IMG/VR virus record: IMGVR_UViG_3300030106_001122
Span: 1,309-65,308 of that record
DNA length: 64,000 bases
Origin: a virus
Lineage: Duplodnaviria; Caudoviricetes
Strand: one strand, 5' to 3'
Shown piece by piece: positions 47,001 to 55,211 of this stretch; position 1 is the stretch's first letter; the number at the start of each line of letters is the position of its first letter. The translations under genes and the position numbers were made by a program. The notes beneath the pieces were generated by a model. The model did no database searches. It saw only the letters and a program-made list of their open reading frames with translations, and had not been told where the DNA came from.

Positions 47001-47920
47001 AGTTGTATTAAACTATTTGTTGTTGTTGTTGGGTTGTCTATAAATAAATCTGAGTGGCGAGTAAAAAATGCTGACTCTTTTAATCTATCTAAATTTATTT
47101 TTCTAGGCTCATTTATATTATCAGTCCATAATAATAAATTATTTACAATATTTATACCTGATATATAATGAGAGTGTGGTTGTGAAAACCTTAAAACCTT
47201 TTCAGATGTAAATACAAAATAAGCAGCGCTCTCTAAATTTCCTACAACATATCTATCAAACCAAATCGTATTAGTGTTAGAATCAAACTCTCTAACAATA
47301 ACACTTTCAGACATTCCATTTAAAGTATTATAAGCGCTCATGTCTGTACCTATAATTGACATGCTAGCAGCGTTTAATACGTTTATACTCATGCCAGGTC
47401 TAACATAGCCCGATAAACTACTAGACACAACTATATGATCATAACTAGCATACTGGCTACCTATGTCGTTTAAAGGTATATCACCCACTACTTCACTAGC
47501 TGGTATTTCAACTCTAAATATATCAGTAAACACTGGAAACAACTTCTTACTATCACTGTTATATTTTATAATCATGTCCTTATAGACCCTAACACTTGGT
47601 TCGGCTGTTTGATCTATACTTGTAACCGTAGGTGACGCTACAAAAAAGTAAGAGTTGTTAGTTTTTTCATCTGAAATACATCCCACAAAATAACTTTTTT
47701 CACCATCACTGTTTACAGTGGGCTCTATAGGATTTCTAGCTTTGTCATACGATAATCTTTCTAAAGTACCGTATAGGTTTTGAGCAGCACCTATATCGTT
47801 TCCATCAGAAGTTCTAACCTCTATATTTAAAGCGTCTCTATACTCACCTTGAGGAACTAGTCTTTCGTCTAGATCCTTATTCATTTTACCGGCTTGAAAC
47901 GTGTGTTTAATCTCTGGCAT
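41090..47920 (-). CDS. large tail stabilization/nozzle-type protein with C-terminal Cys-rich repeats
   Basis: N-terminus MPEIKHTFQAGKMNKDLDERLVPQGEYRDALN resembles podovirus/crAss-like stabilization proteins; YGISSNPES.A...YFTD; FINKEGKWF. Confidence 0.75.
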   Translation of the reverse strand: MPEIKHTFQAGKMNKDLDERLVPQGEYRDALNIEVRTSDGNDIGAAQNLYGTLERLSYDKARNPIEPTVNSDGEKSYFVGCISDEKTNNSYFFVASPTVTSIDQTAEPSVRVYKDMIIKYNSDSKKLFPVFTDIFRVEIPASEVVGDIPLNDIGSQYASYDHIVVSSSLSGYVRPGMSINVLNAASMSIIGTDMSAYNTLNGMSESVIVREFDSNTNTIWFDRYVVGNLESAAYFVFTSEKVLRFSQPHSHYISGINIVNNLLLWTDNINEPRKINLDRLKESAFFTRHSDLFIDNPTTTTNSLIQLEYIDKSTDSAYKEEHITLIRRAPRTAPKLIMSQFEGGKGASYSSSCVFNWVLEDGESLPGVDDYVKLDTFNENGDSLNTSCIANGDSFSIGQTLQFTCTTEPLVVTAKVTQVLSSGVHRVQIIKIDDEINSSHLEWDIEIVQKKSIFETTFGRFGYRYKYQDGEYSSFSPWSELAFIPSKFDYLPTKGYNLGMVNTMRSLQITDFIVEDFQRPDDVIAVDILFKDTVSPNVYVVKSIRRGYDEEWNDNAEGSGNSGVVDITTEMIHKTLPSSQTLRAWDNVPITAKAQEVTGNRVVFANYEQNYDTLSKVFVHSTIESTDHPTDLSPIKSIKSLRRYKVGVVFGDKYGRETPVMGIGGKVIGNGGGAYTQALEEVSNDYADQTFPDSIFVPKNVSFKVNKISAELNWDGNPDNWIEYYKYYIKETSNEYYNLVMDRWYPAEDGNIWLSFQSSDRNKVDIETYLTLKNKHGSEDPVEEDARYKILAISNEAPRFIKSTNRIIGLEALSSDSGVDLSNSLGVQCESWDAYDNTFKDYKFEGVGWARIVGTLAGVTRFSKWVRIARLHDANRSITVVGSFGPTADMSGDINFGTSTGLTVSVEVRDSVEENRPEFEGRFFVKVFKDATLTNTILGTNVATSSYKTVSSYKIGYVDSTRSDGKNPASWAKYQGDYAPPSQGDATIADINYSTCATSLNNWGEGNALGDWSNANNAHNIQNGYMLARDDGGEGASNTKGFWKWYWNNNPQGSSKWFIDGSNWNKTNDQPCGEISGPMNAIGNAAPFSVDDGVNHISFSAMRDDTWDEETLAFRDALQQEGTLFRFKSDPGGGVGNGDGQYTGEPTIYVVRGTDIGESGFGLASSNYGGQHSGGNSYCHECYEGANWSNVCKRGTFKLYFSRYDDYTKGLDLDYWDPRSALRHDGTTMTYIEIVQSSYDNTDVLQTSVGNAIWETEPKEDVGLDLYYEATSALPLKLNNSNIQSFAPSNTPVTSERLDAEMTPVNLDYCYVDDAVTATPTVRYAIRDVVGLGQADDVDNVTRYPIAIGDELSFNRLDGSVTRAKVIDYYKPITSYINQEAYTAIENVYVDVDTGFGTIGAMVEEQEVEYPFNPASYEKSSRYTLQCTVANFDGQSTIELLTASLPDDFNSDDGKIWEITSSDLSILKGTFTKTAAGPTPGIDIGSTYTTIYWHNCGYSEQQVLESGSFDITFREVTGYYRLNQNVYNNKTTLPWFNCYSFGNGLESDRIRDDFNAPQIDNGCKVSTGLEDYRRERRSGGLIWSGIYNSTSGVNKLNEFNMAEAITKDLNPLYGSIQALKTRDTNLVTFCEDKVLQILANKDALYNADGSSNVTASNVVLGNAKAFAGDYGISSNPESLAFDAYRMYFTDKQRGKVLRLSQDGLTPISDVGMSSYFRDNLKHADQLIGTFDEVKGEYNLTIKYRDPYLRSNEGLTSTTVSFNEKTKGWPSFKSFVPDTGLSINAEYITAANGSVWSHHNKDVTINSSGFEGLVVPANNFYGEQYNSTIDILFNENPGAIKGFTAMNYEGDQAKITEWGYTGHLALDASGNSLGYVGDNEYYNWHSKDGWFVESFNTDLQESSVLEFINKEGKWFSNINGIPTTLENLDTSEFTVQGIGMVSSISIPQVVGCMDPLAANYNPEATVSSNDCNYDISGCTDPNAFNFNSAATIDDGSCVEVIEGCMDVNAINYNPNANVDDGSCEFQEEVKVGCMDSLANNYDVNATVACADCCTYTAYGCMDPTAQNYDPLAQEDDGTCIPHVDGCTDPIALNWNSEASEGNPFANVCVYNSGCMDPDAWNYDPLADTQEFCEEIHPANWQSAVGVEDACCIPVITGCMDIDAINFNPLANTTGCSDTDQLNQYFWFVEAGQDATPSNIINFANMPSDVFAVYNDDPINFWNNYDPVCRCVFDIEGCTDPDADNYNPDANVDDGSCEYTSWDITITEMGTHSPDDGN
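41150..42075 (-). repeat. about 9 tandem GCxDxxAxN[YF] coding repeats at the tail protein C-terminus
   Basis: GCMDPLAANY, GCTDPNAFNF, GCMDVNAINY, GCMDSLANNY, GCMDPTAQNY, GCTDPIALNW, GCMDPDAWNY, GCMDIDAINF, GCTDPDADNY. Confidence 0.9.
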
Positions 47921-47926
47921 AAACTA

Positions 47927-48826
47927 TTACTTAATAGGTTTACTAATCCCTTTTAATATTTGAGTAAACTCTTCCATTTTAATATTGGAAAGCCTTATCT
48001 TTGCTTTTCTAGTTTCTGCAAACTTTTCTCTTTTAAATCTTTGAACTATACCTTCTGGTATTCCAGCTCTACTAGATATTAATCCGTACATAATATGTTT
48101 GTATACGGCTTCTTCACAAAACTTATGTACTATCATCTCAGCATCAGTACCTAAGCCATCACTAATATATTTTAAAGTTATCGTTTCTCCTGAAAGATCG
48201 GAACTAAAGTGAATAAATCCAGTTGATTGATCTATATAAAATGTTCCGTTATTTTGAGCATGCTGAGGATCAAGCCCATATCTTCTACCTCTATTGTCAA
48301 ACCTCATATGATCAGCGGCATCATAATCCATATTGTCATTATGCGTGGGTATAGAGCTAAATCTTCTACGCGTATCTGAAGTGCGCGGGTCTGTGCCTCC
48401 ATCGCTTTGTCTGCCTAAGCTACCGTCATCCTCAAATATATATACTCCAGAGTTTGTATTTTGATTTATAGGAAAAGGGTTTGAAGTTTTACCTGTAGGA
48501 TATATAGGTTTTTCTATACCATTAGGATCTACTCTAACTATTTTAGTATAGTTAACATAATCCTGTGGTAAAGGCATTGCTAGTGTTGCCGGTACCTCTT
48601 GTTCAAAAGCTTTATGAGAACGAAGAACATCGTATGATAGTTCTTGTATAGCTCTCATACCATGAAACTGAACGTCTGTCTTGTTAACCGTAGTTAGTAT
48701 TTTACTATCACCAACGTACACTACCATAAAAGCATCTATTATTTCGTCTAACGAAACAAATTGATAATTACCTCTATTAGTACCTGCGTAATAACTTTGT
48801 TGAGTTGTACCGTTTAATGCTCCCAT
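47927..48826 (-). CDS. putative tail ring/adaptor protein
   Basis: LPQDYVNY...ITLKYISDGL; position between head and nozzle genes. Confidence 0.6.
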   Translation of the reverse strand: MGALNGTTQQSYYAGTNRGNYQFVSLDEIIDAFMVVYVGDSKILTTVNKTDVQFHGMRAIQELSYDVLRSHKAFEQEVPATLAMPLPQDYVNYTKIVRVDPNGIEKPIYPTGKTSNPFPINQNTNSGVYIFEDDGSLGRQSDGGTDPRTSDTRRRFSSIPTHNDNMDYDAADHMRFDNRGRRYGLDPQHAQNNGTFYIDQSTGFIHFSSDLSGETITLKYISDGLGTDAEMIVHKFCEEAVYKHIMYGLISSRAGIPEGIVQRFKREKFAETRKAKIRLSNIKMEEFTQILKGISKPIK

Positions 48827-48828
48827 AG

Positions 48829-49593
48829 TTATCTATTTTTTTTAGCTTCGTTCATTTGTTCATTTCTTATAGCAACTTCAGATAAACCTGGTTTATTAAT
48901 TACTATACCCGCGAGCTCTAATATTTTGTTTACTAAAGAACTTTCTTCACTAGAATGTAAATCAAAGTTGTTAGAAGAAGAAGCATTGTATAATGCTTTA
49001 CCGTTAACAACAACATACCCCCACTTAGGGTCAGACGGTTTTTTTATATAATCAACTTCTACATTATTAACACTAAAATGAGGTAGCGAGTCGGTTGCGG
49101 TCCAAGTATTGTGAGGATATAATCTTATATGACTACTTATGCTTGATCCAGTATGTGTACCTGGTCTAGTATAAACAGGGTGACTAATCCTAGGTTTTGT
49201 TTTATAGTTACCTTGAGAGTTATGAAAATCTTCAGTACTTATTGGAGATATAATTCTGTGTCCACCAGTATTGGCATAATAAACATTACCTAAATAATAT
49301 AAGTCATCTGGAAGTTTAAATTCCCAAGAGTCAGAGTCGGTACCATCTTGGACAGTTCCTTTGTATATTTTAAATGGACCTATCTTGTCGTTCATTATAT
49401 CTCGTTTGTTACCTATATTAATGTCAAGATTTGGCTGTATAGCCGCTTCTCTAATATCGCCAAAATAAGAATTAAAAATATCCATTTGAGCTGTATTAGC
49501 TAATAAATTAAACTCTTGAGGTGTTATATAACCTCTTTGTTCTTTATTAGACACAGTTAAAACTTTTTGATAAACGTTATCTATACTAACCAT
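48829..49593 (-). CDS. putative head-tail connector/ring protein
   Basis: NKEQRGYITPQEFN, LPDDLYYL, YIKKPSDPKWGY; position. Confidence 0.6.
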   Translation of the reverse strand: MVSIDNVYQKVLTVSNKEQRGYITPQEFNLLANTAQMDIFNSYFGDIREAAIQPNLDINIGNKRDIMNDKIGPFKIYKGTVQDGTDSDSWEFKLPDDLYYLGNVYYANTGGHRIISPISTEDFHNSQGNYKTKPRISHPVYTRPGTHTGSSISSHIRLYPHNTWTATDSLPHFSVNNVEVDYIKKPSDPKWGYVVVNGKALYNASSSNNFDLHSSEESSLVNKILELAGIVINKPGLSEVAIRNEQMNEAKKNR

Positions 49594-49757
49594 TATTTTT
49601 TTGAATTATAAGGAAATTGCTTATTTAACCAAGCCTTCCTTTTGTTGCACCCACAATCTTTAATACCCATAAAGCTGGAACTTAACTTTACTAAACTATC
49701 TATCTTAGTAGCTTTAGTAAACTTCTCTATTGAATCTCCTAGTCCTTTTGATTTCAT
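49593..49757 (-). CDS. small hypothetical protein (54 aa; not in ORF track)
   Basis: MKSKGLGDSIEKFTKATKIDSLVKLSSSFMGIKDCGCNKRKAWLNKQFPYNSKK; TAATG overlap with the next gene. Confidence 0.7.
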   Translation of the reverse strand: MKSKGLGDSIEKFTKATKIDSLVKLSSSFMGIKDCGCNKRKAWLNKQFPYNSKK

Positions 49758-49777
49758 AATATTCTTTTTTACTTTAC

Positions 49778-49787
49778 TATAATCACA
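49778..49787 (-). promoter_or_regulatory. putative phage promoter element TGTRATnnTA
   Basis: TGTGATTATA just downstream of a terminator and about 20 nt upstream of the ATG at 49757. Confidence 0.55.
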
Positions 49788-49814
49788 CAGTATAGCAAGG
49801 AGTTAGTATAGGGT

Positions 49815-49846
49815 AAAAAAAATAGCCACCCGAAAGGATGGCTATT
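49815..49846 (-). terminator. intrinsic terminator
   Basis: AATAGCCA-CC-cgaaa-GGA-TGGCTATT hairpin followed by a U-tract on - strand. Confidence 0.75.
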
Positions 49847-49865
49847 AATATTAAGTAAGTATTTA

Positions 49866-50708
49866 TTATGCTCCAGGACCTCTATTACCAAGAGTTAATA
49901 TAACTCCATGCACAGCAATACCTCTACTACTAAAAGCATTATGTAATTTTTGTCCAGTAGAATCTAGATAATGAACTTTCACTGCTTCATCGTAAACACT
50001 TGAGTTGCATATATCTTCCATAGCTTCACAAACTTCTTTAAACTTACCGCCAGTATGAATAATATCAACAGTATCAACAGACCTGTCGGCATCACCAGAT
50101 TTGAATATTAATCTAGTTTTATCTACAGCAGTTTGATCATAATGTAACCCACCGCCAGCAGTATAACCTAAAGGTTCAATACCTATTAAAGATGAAGCTG
50201 GAACACATAGATCAGCACCTAAGGTAGCTATTGGTAACACAGCTGCATTAAAAGATACTTCTTCTACATAAAAGAAATCATTAGTTGTAGCAGTAATACC
50301 AGTGGCTACAGTACCAGCAGTACCCGCAGCAACATTATTACCAACAGTTACAACTTGATCACCAGAACCTACAATAAAAGCAGATGCGCTAGTTAAGTTA
50401 GTGACTTGACCAGCTTGAATATCATCTGCATTTTTATCTGCATCCCAAGCAGTTGCACTTGAGAAAAGTTCTCCAGTAACAAAATCAGTGGTGTAATCTG
50501 TTCCTCTTTTGTCATCAACAGCATCCACAGCTCTATGTAAAACTCTATAACCTAAAGTTGTTGGATCTACGCTGTCTGCTTTTACAATAGGTAGCATACC
50601 ACCATTAGCGTTTGTTATAGCTGTTAAAGCCATAACATTTGAGCTTACTGATGGAGCGTTTTGAACGTAGTAACCTTTTCTTCCGAAATATAAATAAGGT
50701 GTTTTCAT
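49866..50708 (-). CDS. putative capsid accessory protein (paralog family B, with insertion)
   Basis: MKTPYLYF...LCVPASSLIGI...; downstream of the capsid gene. Confidence 0.6.
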   Translation of the reverse strand: MKTPYLYFGRKGYYVQNAPSVSSNVMALTAITNANGGMLPIVKADSVDPTTLGYRVLHRAVDAVDDKRGTDYTTDFVTGELFSSATAWDADKNADDIQAGQVTNLTSASAFIVGSGDQVVTVGNNVAAGTAGTVATGITATTNDFFYVEEVSFNAAVLPIATLGADLCVPASSLIGIEPLGYTAGGGLHYDQTAVDKTRLIFKSGDADRSVDTVDIIHTGGKFKEVCEAMEDICNSSVYDEAVKVHYLDSTGQKLHNAFSSRGIAVHGVILTLGNRGPGA

Positions 50709-50720
50709 ATTTTAATTATT

Positions 50721-51086
50721 TTAAGAGTCAAGAGTTACAGTTATACCTGTAATCCCACCTGGTTTAACATTCTCGATCTCGCTATAAGCTACAACAAAAC
50801 CTTCTCTATTTCTCGTATTCGCTTTAGACACCATAGCATCTATTGCTTTAACTCTATTTGCTCTATCAACTTCATCACTTCCAGAAGCATCAACAGCTAA
50901 AACAATATCATCTGGTGCATCAAAATGCCCATTGTGTATTGCTTCAAAATACATAGTAGCTGCACCAGCAGCCGTACTATTCATAGCCATAAGTTGACTA
51001 GATCTGTACATGTTACCATCATCAGTCCAACTGCTGGCCACTGGGTCAGCCATGTTGAAGTACATAAAATTTGCGTCTTGTCTCAT
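50721..51086 (-). CDS. putative capsid accessory protein (paralog family B)
   Basis: Start at 51086 (MRQDANFMYF...YRSSQLMAM) avoids overlap with the upstream gene. Confidence 0.6.
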   Translation of the reverse strand: MRQDANFMYFNMADPVASSWTDDGNMYRSSQLMAMNSTAAGAATMYFEAIHNGHFDAPDDIVLAVDASGSDEVDRANRVKAIDAMVSKANTRNREGFVVAYSEIENVKPGGITGITVTLDS

Positions 51087-51091
51087 GTCTA

Positions 51092-51484
51092 TTATTGTGT
51101 TATTTGTATGCCTGTGCAAGTGATTTGAGTACCATCATTAATGGCTTCAAACTCTTCAGCGACAACGCCGCTTGCAGTATCTACAACGGTTAATACTTTC
51201 CCTTTTCCAGGGTTTGCTGCAATTCTAGCTATAGCTCTAGCTACTTCTTTATGTATGTTTGCGGTCGCTGAAATGTTGGCATGAGTTAAAGTAATTTGAT
51301 TTACTTTACCACTAGTACCATTTAGTCCAGTTAGATTAGTCGAGTCTGTGTAAAAAACTTTTGTAGTAGTAGCACTAGCTACTTGAGTACCCAAAAGATG
51401 AGACACAGGAAAACACGCAGCATCATTGGCAGCGTCTCCAGCCGTTCCAGTTTTTGCAAAATACAAGTAATTTTCTTTTTGCAT
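51092..51484 (-). CDS. putative capsid accessory protein (paralog family B)
   Basis: MQKENYLYF...ACFPVSHLLG... Confidence 0.6.
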   Translation of the reverse strand: MQKENYLYFAKTGTAGDAANDAACFPVSHLLGTQVASATTTKVFYTDSTNLTGLNGTSGKVNQITLTHANISATANIHKEVARAIARIAANPGKGKVLTVVDTASGVVAEEFEAINDGTQITCTGIQITQ

Positions 51485-51523
51485 TTGTCTTTTTTTAATG
51501 ATTAATAAATAATTGTTTGTGAA

Positions 51524-51551
51524 TTAAGGTTTAAAGTTTAAGGATTAAGGT
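51524..51551. repeat. intergenic 7-nt tandem repeat x4
   Basis: ttaaggt ttaaagt ttaagga ttaaggt. Confidence 0.7.
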
Positions 51552-51581
51552 TTGTGCTTATTTAGTATTAAAAAGAAACGG

Positions 51582-52436
51582 TTATGATAACCGCTTCTCT
51601 ATATTAGTATATATCTCCATACCTTCATCAGTTTTAAACCAATGAGCTAATGCAGTATATGGATGTTCATCAAACGGGACAGTCATTAACTTTCTATTGG
51701 TAGATCCCCACATAAAATAACGTTGATCTGAAGATAGCTTTATAACTCCTTCTTCCGTAGCTTTAATACCAAAGTTCCTAAGTTGAACATTATCATCAGT
51801 AGCTAATTCTAAGAACATTTTAGGATTATTTCTAGCGAATAGTAATAAATCTCTTCTAAGCTCTTTAGAACTCATCTTAGACACATCAGATCCAATCTCA
51901 ACTCTCATGATAGCTTCAGCCATATCAATATCAACATCTTTAGCTAAATTAAGAGCTTGGATTTCAAACTCTAACCAATCAAGTTCGTTTTCAGCTATGA
52001 CTTTAGGTTTGTGTTCGTAATACAATTGACCTCTGTGTGGGTGATATAATGAAAGTAATTTTTGTAGTATAGTTTTTTCTTTAGGTACAAACAAAGATCC
52101 ACCTCTAAATATAATATGAGATAATCTTTGATCCCCCTTCATTTCATCTACAAAACAAGTTTGTTGATTTTGACAATACTTCATCTCTCTTTCAAAACCT
52201 TTTTCCTCGTCAAACCAATATATACCAGAAGACTTAATCATTCTAGATAAAGGTCTTTTGTTACCTTTGAGGTAATATAATCTATCTTTAATTTCCCACT
52301 TAGGTTCAGTAGGTTTAGTAGGTTCTTTAGGAACTTCTACTTTAGGTGTTTCAATAACAGGTTGCTCCATCACTTCAACCACCTCTTGTTCTACTACAGT
52401 TTCTTTCACCGCAGTTTTGGTTTGTTTTTTAGCCAT
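51582..52436 (-). CDS. hypothetical protein downstream of the major capsid gene
   Basis: 284-aa ORF with E/P-rich N-terminus; position in the head block. Confidence 0.7.
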   Translation of the reverse strand: MAKKQTKTAVKETVVEQEVVEVMEQPVIETPKVEVPKEPTKPTEPKWEIKDRLYYLKGNKRPLSRMIKSSGIYWFDEEKGFEREMKYCQNQQTCFVDEMKGDQRLSHIIFRGGSLFVPKEKTILQKLLSLYHPHRGQLYYEHKPKVIAENELDWLEFEIQALNLAKDVDIDMAEAIMRVEIGSDVSKMSSKELRRDLLLFARNNPKMFLELATDDNVQLRNFGIKATEEGVIKLSSDQRYFMWGSTNRKLMTVPFDEHPYTALAHWFKTDEGMEIYTNIEKRLS

Positions 52437-52456
52437 AATATAATATAATAAAAATT

Positions 52457-52489
52457 AAAAAAATAAGGTGGGGCCGAAGCCCCAACCTA
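52457..52489 (-). terminator. intrinsic terminator after the major capsid gene
   Basis: GGTGGGGC-cgaa-GCCCCAACC hairpin with a U-rich tract on - strand. Confidence 0.75.
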
Positions 52490-52491
52490 TA

Positions 52492-53997
52492 TTAGTTCAT
52501 TAACATAAAGTTGTTAGCACCTTGAGTAACTAAACATCTTTCTGATAACATGTGAATTTGCATAGCATCCAACGCTGATGTAGCGGCTCCAACAGATCCA
52601 GTAGTCCAAGTCTTGAACTTTCTATTATCCGTTTGTGAAGCTCTATAGCGTGTATGTAAGAAAGGACGCTTTAAGTTTTTACCAAGACTTTGGTCATAAA
52701 CTGTAGACGTACCAGCAGGTATAAACACCCCTCTAATTGCACTAGCTGCATTTGCTTCGTTAATACCTCCACGAGTAGCTTTGTCGTTTAAGTATCTAAA
52801 GTCAGATTTGTAGAAGTCATAAGAACCTCTTCTGAAACCAGAGAAACCTAAGTTTAAAGCCATATCTTCGTCATTGTCGAATACTCCGTAAGAAGTACCA
52901 CCAGCACCGTAAGAATTCATAGAAGCAAGCATGTCATCTATAGCAAGAGATGAAGCTCTATTTACAAACATCATGTACTCTTCAATAGCACCTTGCTTGT
53001 CAAACTCTGCTAAGATAGCGTCAAACTCAGCTAAGTCAGTAGCAGCGTTAACACCAGTAATACCAGAAGTCATATTACCCCTAGATTCAATAGCAGCAAA
53101 CAAACCTTCAGTACCCACGTTTCCAGCACCACTTTCTGACCCTGCAACAAGAGCGTGACCATCAATATTAGAGTTTGCAACGTTAAGTTCACCTTCAATC
53201 ATCGCCATCTCTAGATAATCAGTAAAACGAGCACGAGTGTCAGCCTCAGCCTTTAAATACCATAAGTAACCTGAAGCACCTTCTTCAGAAGTAACTTCAA
53301 CCCAACCAACTCTAGCTGTATCAGAACCAGACACTTGGTAATGATCTTTTAAGATAATTGGTTTGTTAGTATAAGTCTTAAACTGAGGTTCATTAGATCC
53401 TCTTTCGTCTGTAGAAGTACCATCACCAGCAGTTAAGTAGCTCATACCTTTACCATATTCAGAACCGTAAACTAAAACAGTTGTAGTCTCAGAACCACCA
53501 ACTGATGATAGACCAGCAGCGTTTAATGATGCTTCAGAATAAGGCATAACATCAATAATGTCTGTAGCTACAGCTTCGACAATACATTTAACAACACCTT
53601 CTGAGTTTGCTACAATAATAGTATCATTAACTCTAATAGGTAACTTACCAGAAGTAACCGCATTACCGTCAATGTCTTTTTCTAATTGGATTTGACCACC
53701 TGAAGCTGTACCACCAGCATTCGATTCAACGTGACCTTTAAATGAAAGGTGTAATCTACCTTGTTCAGACCATACAACTTGATCAGCTTGCATTGCCTCT
53801 TCAGCACCTATTTTTGATAAGAAACCGTTAATAGTTCTCGGTCCGAAAACTTCAGCTTCCTTCTCCATTAGGTCTGGGATGTATTGTTGCGCCCAATCAT
53901 TTCCTGATCCAGCTGCAAAATCTAAGTAGTTTGAAGACAGCGCCTGCTTAATAGCGGACGGAGTTTTATTCAAACTAGCACCACCTGTAATTGCCAT
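52492..53997 (-). CDS. major capsid protein
   Basis: 501 aa; follows portal and scaffold; has its own terminator; WSEQGRLH, GTEGLFAAIE, LGFSGFRRGSYDFYK motifs. Confidence 0.8.
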   Translation of the reverse strand: MAITGGASLNKTPSAIKQALSSNYLDFAAGSGNDWAQQYIPDLMEKEAEVFGPRTINGFLSKIGAEEAMQADQVVWSEQGRLHLSFKGHVESNAGGTASGGQIQLEKDIDGNAVTSGKLPIRVNDTIIVANSEGVVKCIVEAVATDIIDVMPYSEASLNAAGLSSVGGSETTTVLVYGSEYGKGMSYLTAGDGTSTDERGSNEPQFKTYTNKPIILKDHYQVSGSDTARVGWVEVTSEEGASGYLWYLKAEADTRARFTDYLEMAMIEGELNVANSNIDGHALVAGSESGAGNVGTEGLFAAIESRGNMTSGITGVNAATDLAEFDAILAEFDKQGAIEEYMMFVNRASSLAIDDMLASMNSYGAGGTSYGVFDNDEDMALNLGFSGFRRGSYDFYKSDFRYLNDKATRGGINEANAASAIRGVFIPAGTSTVYDQSLGKNLKRPFLHTRYRASQTDNRKFKTWTTGSVGAATSALDAMQIHMLSERCLVTQGANNFMLMN

Positions 53998-54014
53998 AAT
54001 TTTTTATTTTAAAG

Positions 54015-55190
54015 TTATTTATTCTTTTTGATTTTAAATTTGAAATCAGAAGAATCATCGCCTAACACTCTAACTGTTGTACCACCAATAGTTTTACTAC
54101 TGTGTGTACCTCTTGGGTCGACGTTAATGTTTTTGTCTCTAGCTACAGAGTCTTTGATTGCATCTGCTTTTCCTTGCTCGTAAAAATGTTGAGCTACAGC
54201 GTCAGCGTTCATTGCTGTAAATAAAGACTTGTGATAACCTTTTGCGTCAGCCATTTGATTTTTATCGTTCAAAAACTTTTGAACAAAATTGCTGAGATCG
54301 CTTTGTGTATTCTTTACGTCTCCCACGTTTTTCACGTTGTAACGATAAGTCTTATCTCCAACCTTATAGTCAAAACCTTTGAACTGGTCGTTAAATAAGT
54401 TATCTGTTTTCTTTAGAAAAACATCTTTGTTAGCTTGCGTCACTCTTTGAGTTTCCTCAGATTCCGCGTTGTATTTGTTGTAGAAATCAATAGCTTGTTG
54501 CTGCTCATTGGTAAGCTTGCTACCAGCTTTGATGTCTTCATAGTATTTAGACTTTTGCCTGTCTAAGTGGGCTTTCGCTTCGGCAACTTGCTCTTTTAAA
54601 GCGATTTTCTTTGATCTTATTGTACGCTCATCATCTGTGTCTTCATCAAAGCCAAACTTATCTTCTAATAAAAAGTTTCGTTCAGCCGCTGTTAAATGAG
54701 ACTTGGTCGAGCGGTAGTATTCATCTAAAACCTCAGAGTCATCTAGTTTATCTATATCTCTGTTTAAGGTTACGTAATCGTTTATATCTCCACCAGTGTC
54801 TTCCATAAAGTCAACTAACTTTTGAATACCTTCTGGTAAAGGTTTTCCAGTTTCTATAGATTCATTTATAGCTTCTACAACTTGCTCTTCAACTTGCTGA
54901 ACTTCTTGTTCGACTTCTCTTACTTCCTCTAATACTGGTACTTCTGTTTCTTGTACTTCTCCTTGCGGCTGTACTTCTTCTTGTTTTTGTGGGGTGTCGG
55001 GGGTTTCATCGCGTCCCACCACTCCTGCTGTGTCAGCTTCTGTTTCTGTAGTTTCATTTGTTGGTATTTGATCTAGGTTTATTTTAACTACACTGTCATC
55101 ACCCTCGCTCATCCACGTAGGTTCACTAGTAGTTTCTTCAACTGGTTGTTCTGTAACTTCTTCCGTTACATTTTCTATTTCTTCTGACAT
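54015..55190 (-). CDS. capsid scaffolding protein
   Basis: Very acidic N-terminus and helical body; between portal and capsid genes. Confidence 0.7.
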   Translation of the reverse strand: MSEEIENVTEEVTEQPVEETTSEPTWMSEGDDSVVKINLDQIPTNETTETEADTAGVVGRDETPDTPQKQEEVQPQGEVQETEVPVLEEVREVEQEVQQVEEQVVEAINESIETGKPLPEGIQKLVDFMEDTGGDINDYVTLNRDIDKLDDSEVLDEYYRSTKSHLTAAERNFLLEDKFGFDEDTDDERTIRSKKIALKEQVAEAKAHLDRQKSKYYEDIKAGSKLTNEQQQAIDFYNKYNAESEETQRVTQANKDVFLKKTDNLFNDQFKGFDYKVGDKTYRYNVKNVGDVKNTQSDLSNFVQKFLNDKNQMADAKGYHKSLFTAMNADAVAQHFYEQGKADAIKDSVARDKNINVDPRGTHSSKTIGGTTVRVLGDDSSDFKFKIKKNK

Positions 55191-55211
55191 AATAAAATAT
55201 TATAAAATTAA

